Shown in pieces: positions 1 to 7,392 of a stretch of 12,870 nt of DNA. A model generated the notes under the pieces. The model was not told where the DNA came from. It saw nothing but the letters and a program-made list of their open reading frames with translations, and made no database searches. The stretch comes from a virus (lineage: Duplodnaviria > Heunggongvirae > Uroviricota > Caudoviricetes). Positions within the stretch are counted from its first letter, which is position 1; each line of letters begins with the position of its first letter. The position numbers were made by a program, and so were the translations under genes. The stretch lies in IMG/VR virus record IMGVR_UViG_2585427735_000011, one strand, 5' to 3'.

Positions 1-15
1 GGTAATGACTCCAAC

Positions 16-519
16 TTATTGATAGTGTTTTATGTTCAGATAATGCCCGATGACTTTGTCATGCAGCTCCACCGATTTTGAGAACGACAGCGACTTCCGT
101 CCCAGCCGTGCCAGGTGCTGCCTCAGATTCAGGTTATGCCGCTCAATTCGCTGCGTATATCGCTTGCTGATTACGTGCAGCTTTCCCTTCAGGCGGGATT
201 CATACAGCGGCCAGCCATCCGTCATCCATATCACCACGTCAAAGGGTGACAGCAGGCTCATAAGACGCCCCAGCGTCGCCATAGTGCGTTCACCGAATAC
301 GTGCGCAACAACCGTCTTCCGGAGCCTGTCATACGCGTAAAACAGCCAGCGCTGGCGCGATTTAGCCCCGACGTAGCCCCACTGTTCGTCCATTTCCGCG
401 CAGACGATGACGTCACTGCCCGGCTGTATGCGCGAGGTTACCGACTGCGGCCTGAGTTTTTTAAATGGCGGAAAATCGTGTTGAGGCCAACGCCCATAAT
501 GCGGGCGGTTGCCCGGCAT
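16..519 (-). CDS. insB: IS1 transposase InsB reading frame (expressed as InsAB' fusion via -1 frameshift)
   Basis: 167-aa [28 protein letters not shown]...HYLNIKHYQ matches IS1 InsB as I recall it; overlaps insA in the -1 frame. Confidence 0.9.
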   Translation of the reverse strand: MPGNRPHYGRWPQHDFPPFKKLRPQSVTSRIQPGSDVIVCAEMDEQWGYVGAKSRQRWLFYAYDRLRKTVVAHVFGERTMATLGRLMSLLSPFDVVIWMTDGWPLYESRLKGKLHVISKRYTQRIERHNLNLRQHLARLGRKSLSFSKSVELHDKVIGHYLNIKHYQ

Positions 520-713
520 CCAACGCCATTCATGGCCATATCAATGATTTTCTGGTGCGTACCGGGTTGAGAAGCGGTGTAAGTGAACTGCAGTTGCCAT
601 GTTTTACGGCAGTGAGAGCAGAGATAGCGCTGATGTCCGGCGGTGCTTTTGCCGTTACGCACCACCCCGTCAGTAGCTGAACAGGAGGGACAGCTGATAG
701 AAACAGAAGCCAC
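438..713 (-). CDS. insA: IS1 InsA (transposition inhibitor, N-terminal part of the transposase)
   Basis: 91-aa [42 protein letters not shown]... with zinc-finger Cys pairs, typical IS1 InsA. Confidence 0.9.
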   Translation of the reverse strand: MASVSISCPSCSATDGVVRNGKSTAGHQRYLCSHCRKTWQLQFTYTASQPGTHQKIIDMAMNGVGCRATARIMGVGLNTIFRHLKNSGRSR

Positions 714-763
714 TGGAGCACCTCAAAAACACCATCATACACTAAATCAGTAAGTTGGCAGCA

Positions 764-949
764 TCACCGCCTTGCTTCATTAAAGTAGTCGTCGTGGTTA
801 GTGTTTTCTTTTTTTTCTATTTCTTTAATCACCAAGTCATGAGCTAGGTGTCTGTCATGAGCCAGATATACTTTTGAAAAACAACCCTGTTCTTCTAGAT
901 CACGAATCCATTCGAATGCTACATCAGCTCTTTTGTATGGAGTCAGCAT
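764..949 (-). pseudogene. N-terminal fragment of a protein-kinase-like gene, truncated by the IS1 insertion
   Basis: Minus-strand ORF reads MLTPYKRADVAFEWIRDLEEQGCFSKVYLAHDRHLAHDLVIKEI..., resembling a Ser/Thr kinase glycine loop (G-x-F-x-K-V) followed about 20 residues later by a VxIK lysine motif. Native sequence stops at the IS1 boundary (768/769); the final two residues and the stop codon are IS1-derived. The rest of the gene would lie beyond IS1, outside the window. Confidence 0.45.
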
Positions 950-1404
950 CCCCTTACCTCCGCAGATAGTGCAGCCAAAACAGCTTCATTTGTTTCAGTT
1001 GTAAAACCAGAATTATCGATTCCATTTATATTACGGTGTGACTTCAATATTTCTTTATACTCGATCTCTGTTAGGTTCAATGATGACTTCATACCAGATT
1101 TTCTAATGGTGTAATATCTTCTTACATCACTGCTTGAAAATGCTTCTTGAATAACAGCTTCTATATAAAGGCGGTCAATGCTAAGATTATCAGAGTTTGA
1201 TTCAGTAACGCGTATAGCAGCTAATTCAACATTATATAAATTAAGAATGTCGAGGATGTTATTTCGCACATACTTTAATTTTTCTGGTGTGTCTAAGGTC
1301 GAAGGTATTTTAATAACATCAACACATTTGAGTGCAGACTCATCAGTGCAATATACAACAAAAGATGTAACTTTGGGCGCCGCCCTAACACCTAGTATTC
1401 TCAT
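943..1404 (-). CDS. Hypothetical protein (153 aa), AT-rich, immediately downstream of the repressor gene
   Basis: Single long ORF in an AT-rich block; its stop overlaps the start of the kinase-like ORF by 7 nt, suggesting translational coupling. No family recognised. Confidence 0.55.
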   Translation of the reverse strand: MRILGVRAAPKVTSFVVYCTDESALKCVDVIKIPSTLDTPEKLKYVRNNILDILNLYNVELAAIRVTESNSDNLSIDRLYIEAVIQEAFSSSDVRRYYTIRKSGMKSSLNLTEIEYKEILKSHRNINGIDNSGFTTETNEAVLAALSAEVRGC

Positions 1405-1484
1405 TTTTTATATCCCATTTTAGAATCAGGCTGCGTTTCTGCAGCCTCTCTCATCACCCAAATGTCTAATCAGGCTATTATTGA

Positions 1485-2177
1485 TTATCCATGTTTCCTG
1501 TATGTTTGCGGCATGCTCCCAATAACTTTCCCGAAGATAAACACCCGGTTCATCTCGTCTTTCTCGATTGGGTCCCACGGTGAGTAGCTCTTGTTATCAG
1601 AGATAACCAGCAGTTTATCCTTCATCATTTGCAGGCGCTTAACATGGGCTGTGTCGTCATACAGAAACGCATAGATACCATCACCGTCGAAAGATTTAAC
1701 AGTGATATCAACGAACAGAAGATCACCTGGTTCGATCGTTCCTGACATGCTGTCACCGCGTACGTTAATGATGCGGATATTTTCTGCCTTCCTGCCATCG
1801 AACATGTGACGAGCATCGTCAAACGAGTACTCAACCGAGCGTAGAACTTCTACAAACTCACGGTTGATGACTCCCGGCCCGGCACTCACTTCTATATCAA
1901 GAACGTCAATCTTGAAGTATTTGGGATGGTTGGCAGCAGGCTTCCCTGATTGTTGACCGTCATTTCTCATCGGGCCTATGCCTGATGAGAGCCACTCTGT
2001 TCGAACACCCAATGCATTAGCTATTTCAACAATTTTTGTTGAGCCGCGTGCGTTGCCGCTTGTCAGTCTCCAGATTGTGGGTTGAGCTACGCCAGACGCC
2101 TTTGCAAGAGCGCCTTGAGACATTCCAGATTGTTCCATCGCTAGGTTTAAGCGATCAGCAAGAGTTTCTTTTTTCAT
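1485..2177 (-). CDS. cI: Phage CI-type repressor (N-terminal HTH, C-terminal S24 LexA-like autopeptidase domain)
   Basis: HTH-like segment QGALAKASGVAQPTIWRLTSG; S24 motifs GDSM (in NVRGDSMSGTIEPGDLLFVD) and HVKRL lysine. Start taken at ATG 2177 (MKKETLADRL...); the track's 1485..2213 ORF uses an upstream TTG. No Shine-Dalgarno precedes the ATG, consistent with a leaderless PRM-type transcript. Confidence 0.85.
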   Translation of the reverse strand: MKKETLADRLNLAMEQSGMSQGALAKASGVAQPTIWRLTSGNARGSTKIVEIANALGVRTEWLSSGIGPMRNDGQQSGKPAANHPKYFKIDVLDIEVSAGPGVINREFVEVLRSVEYSFDDARHMFDGRKAENIRIINVRGDSMSGTIEPGDLLFVDITVKSFDGDGIYAFLYDDTAHVKRLQMMKDKLLVISDNKSYSPWDPIEKDEMNRVFIFGKVIGSMPQTYRKHG

Positions 2178-2287
2178 AAGTTTTAATTTATACGCTTGCG
2201 TATTGATGGTCAAAACACGTTTTGCTATTGATTGGGTTAATACGCATTGCTATTATCCATTCATTGTAATACCAATAGGAATTGATA
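2178..2287. promoter_or_regulatory. Divergent cI/cro promoter-operator region (PRM/PR-like) with candidate operator inverted repeats
   Basis: 110-bp gap between divergent repressor and cro starts. Inverted repeats TACGCttGCGTA (2191-2202) and AAAACacGTTTT (2212-2223), plus a further TACGCATTGC element at about 2241-2250. Exact operator and promoter hexamers not resolved. Confidence 0.5.
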
Positions 2288-2515
2288 ATGACAAATCAAA
2301 CCATTCAACTCGCAATCAGTATTACAGGTAGTCAAAAACGACTGGCAGATCTATGCGGTGTAGCCCAGCCCACTGTTTGGCGTTGGCTACACGGTGGCGG
2401 AATTGATGCCCGCTATGTAATGAAAATTGTCTCAGCCACTGGTGGAAAGATTAAACCAGCAGATATTCGTCCCGACCTTGCACCATTGTTTAACGCGAGT
2501 AATTCTGCCGCCTAA
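2288..2515 (+). CDS. Cro-like / YdaS-family HTH DNA-binding protein
   Basis: 75 aa, MTNQTIQLAISITGSQKRLADLCGVAQPTVWRWLHGG with a classic HTH; divergent from the repressor; AGGA RBS 7 nt upstream of ATG 2288. Confidence 0.75.
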   Translation: MTNQTIQLAISITGSQKRLADLCGVAQPTVWRWLHGGGIDARYVMKIVSATGGKIKPADIRPDLAPLFNASNSAA

Positions 2516-2545
2516 ACTGCGGCGTTAACTGATAAGGCAATGATT

Positions 2546-3085
2546 ATGCAACCACTTACATACCAACAGACTAGCGGATTTAGCCCGACTGCGGTGATAA
2601 ATCGTTCTCAAATAAAACAGGTGCCAGGCCACGAAAAAATCCGTGATGCCGTTCGCGCCTGGTCGGCTGCAGATAATCAGGATGTTGTTGCCGCACTCAT
2701 TGTGAATGAGTATCGGGAGCAGGGCGGCGGCACCATCGATTTCCCTGATGATGTCAGCCGTGCACGCCAGAAGCTGTTCCGCTTCCTCGATAACAAATTC
2801 GATTCTGAAAAATACCGAAATAACGTGCGTGAACTGACCCCGGCAATTCTGGCGGTACTACCGCTGGAATATCGCGGCCACCTGGTTGAGCAGGATAGCT
2901 TCATGGCTCCGCTGGCTGAAATGGAAAAGGAACTCTGTGAGGCAAAGCAGGCGGTCATTCTCAACGCACCACGCCACCAGAAACTGAAGGAGATGAGTGA
3001 AGGCATTGTGTCGATGTTTCGAGTGGACCCGGATCTGGCTGGTCCATTGATGGCGATGGTCACCACCATGCTGGGGGCAATATGA
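2546..3085 (+). CDS. CII-position regulatory protein (possibly Phage_CP76 / YdaT-like family)
   Basis: 179-aa ORF directly after cro and before O, the cII position. Start chosen at ATG 2546 (better RBS spacing than 2540). Family assignment is from memory and uncertain. Confidence 0.55.
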   Translation: MQPLTYQQTSGFSPTAVINRSQIKQVPGHEKIRDAVRAWSAADNQDVVAALIVNEYREQGGGTIDFPDDVSRARQKLFRFLDNKFDSEKYRNNVRELTPAILAVLPLEYRGHLVEQDSFMAPLAEMEKELCEAKQAVILNAPRHQKLKEMSEGIVSMFRVDPDLAGPLMAMVTTMLGAI

Positions 3086-3171
3086 CAGGTTCAAAAATGG
3101 CGAAAGTCGGTCTGCGGGAACAGAACCGACTTTCAGGTGCAAATCGTAACACACTCATTGCGGGAGGAATT

Positions 3172-4101
3172 ATGGCAAACACTGCTGAGATATTCAATTT
3201 TCCAGTGCCGGATGCGGCACAAAAGGAGCCGCGCGTGGCAGATCTCGATGATGGTTATACGCGCATTGCAAATGAGTTGCTGGAAGCTGTGATGCTGGCC
3301 GGATTAACACAGCACCAGCTTCTGGTCTTCCTGGCTGTCATGCGCAAAACATATGGCTTTAATAAAAAACTGGATTGGGTGAGCAACGAGCAACTGTCCG
3401 GATTGACCGGGATATTACCGCACAAGTGTTCTGCTGCAAAAAGTGTTCTGGTAAAGCGTGGGATTTTGATTCAGAGCGGGCGGAATATCGGTATTAATAA
3501 TGTGGTCAGTGAATGGTCAACATTACCCGAATCAGGTAAGAAAAATAAAGTTTACCTGAAAGAGGTAAATTTACCTGAATCAGGTAAGAAAAGTTTACCC
3601 AAATCAGGTAAAGGCGTTTACCCGAATCAGGTAAACACAAAAGACAAACTAACAAAAGACAATATAAAACCTTTTTCGTCCGAGAATTCTGGCGAATCCT
3701 CTGACCAACCAGAAAACGATCTTCCTGTGGTGAAACCAGATGCTGCAATTCAGAGCGGCAGCAAGTGGGGGACAGCAGAAGACCTGACCGCCGCAGAGTG
3801 GATGTTTGACATGGTGAAGACCATCGCACCATCAGCCAGAAAACCGAATTTTGCAGGGTGGGCTAACGATATCCGCCTGATGCGTGAACGTGACGGACGT
3901 AACCACCGCGACATGTGCGTGCTTTTCCGCTGGGCATGCCAGGACAACTTCTGGTCCGGTAACGTGCTAAGTCCGGCCAAACTCCGCGACAAGTGGACCC
4001 AACTCGAAATCAACCGTAACAAGCAACAGGCAGGCATGATAGCCAGCAAACCAAAACTCGACCTGACAAACACTGACTGGATTTACGGGGTGGATTTATG
4101 A
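3172..4101 (+). CDS. O: Replication initiator protein O (hybrid: non-lambda N-terminal iteron-binding domain, lambda-like C-terminal P-interaction domain)
   Basis: N-terminus MANTAEIFNFPVPD...VADLDDGYTRIANELLEA resembles lambda O (MTNTAKILNF...VADLDDGYARL); C-terminus ...DLTAAEWMFDMVKTIAPSARKPNFAGWANDIRLMRERDGRNHRDMCVLFRWACQDNFWSGNVLSPAKLRDKWTQLEINRNKQQAG...DLTNTDWIYGVDL matches the lambda O C-terminal domain as I recall it. GGGAGG RBS before ATG 3172; the track's 3082 start is an upstream in-frame extension overlapping the previous gene. Confidence 0.85.
   Translation: MANTAEIFNFPVPDAAQKEPRVADLDDGYTRIANELLEAVMLAGLTQHQLLVFLAVMRKTYGFNKKLDWVSNEQLSGLTGILPHKCSAAKSVLVKRGILIQSGRNIGINNVVSEWSTLPESGKKNKVYLKEVNLPESGKKSLPKSGKGVYPNQVNTKDKLTKDNIKPFSSENSGESSDQPENDLPVVKPDAAIQSGSKWGTAEDLTAAEWMFDMVKTIAPSARKPNFAGWANDIRLMRERDGRNHRDMCVLFRWACQDNFWSGNVLSPAKLRDKWTQLEINRNKQQAGMIASKPKLDLTNTDWIYGVDL
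3523..3634. repeat. Replication origin iterons inside O (five 17-bp dyad-symmetric repeats TTACCnnAnnnAGGTAA), followed by an AT-rich region
   Basis: Directly visible: TTACCCGAATCAGGTAA (3523-3539), TTACCTGAAAGAGGTAA (3552-3568), TTACCTGAATCAGGTAA (3571-3587), TTACCCAAATCAGGTAA (3595-3611), TTACCCGAATCAGGTAA (3618-3634), then A-rich ACACAAAAGACAAACTAACAAAAGACAATATAAAACC. Same architecture as ori-lambda within O. Confidence 0.75.
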
Positions 4102-4799
4102 AAAACATCGCCGCACAGATGGTTAACTTTGACCGTGAGCAGATGCGCCGGATCGCCAACAACATGCCGGAACAGTACGACGAAAAGCCGCAGGTACAAC
4201 AGGTAGCGCAGATCATCAATGGTGTGTTCAGCCAGTTACTGGCAACTTTCCCGGCGAGCCTGGCTAACCGTGACCAGAATGAACTGAACGAAATCCGCCG
4301 CCAGTGGGTGCTGGCTTTCCGGGAAAACGGGATCACCACAATGGAACAGGTTAACGCTGGAATGCGCGTAGCCCGTCGGCAGAATCGACCATTCCTGCCA
4401 TCACCCGGGCAGTTTGTCGCCTGGTGCCGGGAAGAAGCATCCGTTACCGCCGGGCTGCCAAACGCCAGCGAGCTGGTTGATATGGTTTACGAGTATTGCC
4501 GGAAGCGCGGGCTGTATCCGGATGCAGAGTCTTATCCGTGGAAATCAAACGCGCACTACTGGCTGGTTACCAACCTGTATCAGAACATGCGGGCCAATGC
4601 GTTGACTGACGCGGAATTACGGCGCAAGGCTGCCGATGAACTGTCCTGTATGACCGCACGAATTAACCGTGGTGAGGCTATACCTGAACCAGTAAAACAA
4701 CTTCCTGTCATGGGCGGTAGACCTCTAAATCGTGCACAGGCTCTGGCGAAGATCGCAGAAATCAAAGCTAAGTTTGGGCTGAAAGGAGCAAGGGTATGA
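4098..4799 (+). CDS. P: Replication protein P (DnaB helicase loader), near-identical to phage lambda P
   Basis: 233 aa, MKNIAAQMVNFDREQMRRIANNMPEQYDEKPQVQQVAQIINGVFSQLL...AKFGLKGARV matches lambda P as I recall it with only a few substitutions; ATGA overlap with the O stop. Confidence 0.9.
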   Translation: MKNIAAQMVNFDREQMRRIANNMPEQYDEKPQVQQVAQIINGVFSQLLATFPASLANRDQNELNEIRRQWVLAFRENGITTMEQVNAGMRVARRQNRPFLPSPGQFVAWCREEASVTAGLPNASELVDMVYEYCRKRGLYPDAESYPWKSNAHYWLVTNLYQNMRANALTDAELRRKAADELSCMTARINRGEAIPEPVKQLPVMGGRPLNRAQALAKIAEIKAKFGLKGARV

Positions 4800-5098
4800 C
4801 GGGCAAAGAGGCAATTATTCATTACCTGGGGACTCATAAGAAATTCTGTGCGCAGGACGTTGCCGCGGTAACAGGCGCAACGGTAACCAGCATAAATCAG
4901 GCTGCGGCTAAAATGGCACGGGCAGGTCTTCTGGTTATCGAAGGTAAGGTCTGGCGAACGGTGTATTACCGGTTTGCTACCAGAGAAGAACGGGAAGGAA
5001 AGGTGAGCACGAATCTGATTTTTAAGGAGTGTCGCCAGAGTGCCGCGATGAAACGGGTATTGAGGGTATATAAAAGAACATCAATGGGTACACAATGA
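4796..5098 (+). CDS. ren: Ren (lambda ren-like, Rex exclusion escape protein)
   Basis: MTGKEAIIHYLGTH...DVAAVTGATVTSINQAAAKMARAGLLVIEGKVWRTVYYRFATREEREGK closely resembles lambda Ren from memory; ATGA overlap with the P stop. Confidence 0.8.
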   Translation: MTGKEAIIHYLGTHKKFCAQDVAAVTGATVTSINQAAAKMARAGLLVIEGKVWRTVYYRFATREEREGKVSTNLIFKECRQSAAMKRVLRVYKRTSMGTQ

Positions 5099-5115
5099 TG
5101 AAACAGGTGAGTTGA

Positions 5116-5150
5116 GTTCAAACTGTAGTACAATTCTCTCCAGTTTGAAC
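5116..5150. promoter_or_regulatory. Perfect 10-bp inverted repeat (GTTCAAACTG ... CAGTTTGAAC, 15-nt spacer) just upstream of the emrE RBS
   Basis: Directly visible at 5116-5125 and 5141-5150; ends 1 nt before AGGAAAG (5151-5157) and 16 nt before the emrE ATG. Could be an operator, a leader RNA hairpin or a ren terminator lacking a U-tract. Confidence 0.35.
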
Positions 5151-5165
5151 AGGAAAGAATATTCT

Positions 5166-5498
5166 ATGAACCCTTATATTTATCTTGGTGGTGCAATACT
5201 TGCAGAGGTCATTGGTACAACCTTAATGAAGTTTTCAGAAGGTTTTACACGGTTATGGCCATCTGTTGGTACAATTATTTGTTATTGTGCATCATTCTGG
5301 TTATTAGCTCAGACGCTGGCTTATATTCCTACAGGGATTGCTTATGCTATCTGGTCAGGAGTCGGTATTGTCCTGATTAGCTTACTGTCATGGGGACTTT
5401 TCGGCCAACGGCTGGACCTGCCAGCCATTATAGGCATGATGTTGATTTGTGCCGGTGTGTTGGTTATTAATTTATTGTCACGAAGCACACCACATTAA
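5166..5498 (+). CDS. emrE: Small multidrug resistance (SMR) efflux transporter EmrE
   Basis: 110 aa from MNPYIYLGGAILAEVIGTTLMKFSEGFTRLWPSVGTIICYCASFWLLAQTLAYIPTGIAYAIWSGVGIVLISLLSWG...NLLSRSTPH, essentially the E. coli EmrE sequence as I recall it; four predicted TM helices. The track ORF starts at an upstream in-frame ATG (5112); 5166 has the RBS. Confidence 0.9.
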   Translation: MNPYIYLGGAILAEVIGTTLMKFSEGFTRLWPSVGTIICYCASFWLLAQTLAYIPTGIAYAIWSGVGIVLISLLSWGLFGQRLDLPAIIGMMLICAGVLVINLLSRSTPH

Positions 5499-5528
5499 AA
5501 ATAATTTGTTTCTAAACGACTAAAATAT

Positions 5529-5562
5529 GGAGGCTCTTATATTTATATGAGCCTCGTTTTAT
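5529..5562 (+). terminator. Rho-independent terminator after emrE
   Basis: Stem GAGGCTC (5530-5536) / GAGCCTC (5549-5555) with a 12-nt AT loop, followed by GTTTT. Confidence 0.6.
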
Positions 5563-5754
5563 GCTTTTTGTTAATGTCTTTATTTTTTTATGTATTCTTT
5601 TGTGCTTTCAAGATTATGGCGTAAGAAAATTGCAATACGATTATTGTTGTATATTCAAGATAATGTGACCTTAATTGTCTTTTTAAATAAAAATTAAACA
5701 AAAATTATATCCCACCACTAAGGTTTATAAAAGCATACGTTAGCAGGTGTCACC

Positions 5755-7281
5755 ATGAAAAAAGCCATAGCATATATGCGATTTTCATCACCAGGTCAGA
5801 TGTCTGGCGACTCATTAAACCGACAGAGAAGACTTATTGCTGAATGGTTAAAGGTAAATAGTGATTATTATCTTGATACCATAACATATGAAGATTTAGG
5901 ATTAAGTGCATTCAAAGGAAAGCATGCACAATCAGGAGCTTTTTCGGAATTTTTAGATGCTATAGAGCATGGTTATATATTGCCAGGAACTACATTGTTA
6001 GTTGAAAGTCTGGACAGACTTTCAAGAGAAAAAGTCGGTGAAGCGATTGAACGTCTGAAATTGATTTTGAATCACGGTATTGATGTTATAACTCTTTGCG
6101 ACAATACAGTCTATAATATTGACTCTTTGAATGAGCCATATTCATTAATAAAAGCCATACTTATAGCACAAAGGGCAAATGAAGAAAGCGAGATAAAGTC
6201 AAGTCGGGTTAAATTATCATGGAAGAAAAAACGGCAGGATGCACTGGAATCAGGTACGATTATGACGGCGTCTTGTCCGAGATGGCTCTCCTTAGATGAC
6301 AAAAGAACGGCTTTTGTTCCAGACCCCGACAGGGTGAAAACTATTGAGCTAATTTTTAAACTCAGGATGGAAAGGCGCTCATTGAATGCAATAGCCAAGT
6401 ATTTAAATGATCATGCTGTAAAGAATTTCTCAGGAAAAGAAAGTGCATGGGGACCTTCTGTAATTGAAAAATTATTAGCGAATAAAGCTCTGATAGGTAT
6501 ATGCGTACCTTCATATCGTGCAAGAGGTAAAGGAATAAGTGAAATCGCTGGCTATTATCCCAGAGTCATATCAGATGATTTGTTTTACGCTGTACAGGAA
6601 ATTCGGTTGGCACCTTTTGGTATTAGCAATAGTAGCAAAAATCCTATGTTGATAAATCTACTTCGAACAGTTATGAAGTGCGAGGCTTGTGGTAATACCA
6701 TGATTGTTCATGCGGTATCTGGAAGTTTGCATGGCTATTATGTTTGTCCGATGAGAAGACTGCATCGATGTGACAGGCCATCAATAAAGAGAGATTTGGT
6801 TGATTATAATATCATTAATGAGTTGCTTTTTAATTGTAGTAAAATCCAACCAGTTGAAAACAAGAAAGATGCTAATGAAACTTTAGAGTTGAAAATTATT
6901 GAGCTCCAGATGAAAATTAATAATTTAATTGCTGCATTATCTGTTGCGCCTGAAGTTACCGCTATAGCAGAAAAAATCAGAGTATTAGATAAGGAATTAC
7001 GAAGGGCTTCTGTATCATTAAAAACTTTGAAGAGTAAAGCGGTGAGTTCACTTGGTGATTTTCATGCTATTGACTTAACCAGTAAAAATGGGCGAGAGCT
7101 ATGTCGTACACTTGCCTATAAAACATTCGAAAAAATCATAATCAATACAGATAATAAAACCTGTGATATCTATTTTATGAATGGCATTGTTTTTAAACAC
7201 TATCCTTTAATGAAAACAATATCCGCCCAGCAGGCGATAAGTACTCTCAAATATATGGTTGATGGTGAGGTTTATTTTTGA
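5755..7281 (+). CDS. ybcK: Large serine recombinase (DLP12 YbcK-like)
   Basis: 508 aa; N-terminal resolvase catalytic motif AYMRFSSPGQ (Y-x-R-x-S-x-x-x-Q); Cys-rich zinc-ribbon-like segment CEACGNT...YYVCPMRRLHRCD; C-terminal coiled-coil-like region. AGGTG RBS before ATG 5755. AT-rich relative to the neighbouring replication genes. Confidence 0.85.
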   Translation: MKKAIAYMRFSSPGQMSGDSLNRQRRLIAEWLKVNSDYYLDTITYEDLGLSAFKGKHAQSGAFSEFLDAIEHGYILPGTTLLVESLDRLSREKVGEAIERLKLILNHGIDVITLCDNTVYNIDSLNEPYSLIKAILIAQRANEESEIKSSRVKLSWKKKRQDALESGTIMTASCPRWLSLDDKRTAFVPDPDRVKTIELIFKLRMERRSLNAIAKYLNDHAVKNFSGKESAWGPSVIEKLLANKALIGICVPSYRARGKGISEIAGYYPRVISDDLFYAVQEIRLAPFGISNSSKNPMLINLLRTVMKCEACGNTMIVHAVSGSLHGYYVCPMRRLHRCDRPSIKRDLVDYNIINELLFNCSKIQPVENKKDANETLELKIIELQMKINNLIAALSVAPEVTAIAEKIRVLDKELRRASVSLKTLKSKAVSSLGDFHAIDLTSKNGRELCRTLAYKTFEKIIINTDNKTCDIYFMNGIVFKHYPLMKTISAQQAISTLKYMVDGEVYF

Positions 7282-7289
7282 GTAATAAT

Positions 7290-7312
7290 CACTTTTTCAA
7301 CCGTGCTATAAT
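7290..7312 (+). promoter_or_regulatory. Candidate sigma70 promoter with extended -10 (TGcTATAAT) immediately after the ybcK stop
   Basis: TGCTATAAT at 7304-7312 matches the extended -10 consensus TGnTATAAT; no convincing -35. Would start a rightward transcript near 7320. Confidence 0.3.
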
Positions 7313-7392
7313 AAGAAAGTTAGGTAAGTACAATAAAATTATCTATCCTGAACGAAGCGTCCTGAGCTATGGTTTTACTATAGAGACTGCCA

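Larger units (their letters stand above)
1..768 (-). mobile_element. IS1 insertion sequence, complete 768-bp copy, transposase genes on the minus strand
   Basis: Window begins GGTAATGACTCCAACTTA, the reverse complement of the IS1 right end; positions 746-768 end in ...CAGTAAGTTGGCAGCATCACC, the reverse complement of the IS1 left end GGTGATGCTGCCAACTTACTG. Length matches IS1. Contains the insA and insB ORFs and the A6C frameshift motif (gagttttttaaatgg at about 455-468). Recognised from memory. Confidence 0.95.

Noticed and set aside
50-742. Track ORFs 50..340 (+), 301..570 (+), 465..680 (+) and 530..742 (-) inside IS1
   Set aside because: They overlap the established IS1 insA/insB frames on the opposite strand or in other frames and are by-products of the element's composition.
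1178-1423. 81-aa + strand ORF antisense to the 153-aa gene
   Set aside because: Lies wholly within the longer minus-strand ORF that is in operon orientation with cI; no independent start signals.
1625-1834. 69-aa minus-strand ORF inside the repressor gene
   Set aside because: Alternative frame within cI; Cys/Met-rich, low-complexity translation.
1485-2213. Longer repressor ORF with TTG start (MTINTQAYKLKLM...)
   Set aside because: The in-frame ATG at 2177 gives a standard CI N-terminus and a leaderless start; the extension would run into the operator region.
2677-3154. Minus-strand ORFs 2677..3069 and 2858..3154
   Set aside because: Antisense to the CII-position gene and the O start; the sense ORFs have RBSs and phage synteny.
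3082-3171. N-terminal extension of O starting at 3082
   Set aside because: A strong GGGAGG RBS precedes ATG 3172 and the protein from 3172 aligns with the lambda O N-terminus; the extension overlaps the upstream gene.
3523-3634. Possible CRISPR-like array from the repeated TTACC...GGTAA units
   Set aside because: Repeats are 17-bp dyad-symmetric with irregular 2-12 bp gaps, lie inside the O reading frame and are followed by an AT-rich tract: these are ori iterons, not CRISPR repeats.
3506-4339. Minus-strand ORFs 3506..3832, 3750..4073 and 4010..4339
   Set aside because: Antisense to the confidently identified O and P genes.
4414-4837. ORFs 4414..4605 (+) and 4580..4837 (-)
   Set aside because: Alternative-frame or antisense ORFs within P and ren.
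6111-6398. 95-aa minus-strand ORF inside ybcK
   Set aside because: Antisense to the serine recombinase, which has clear catalytic motifs.
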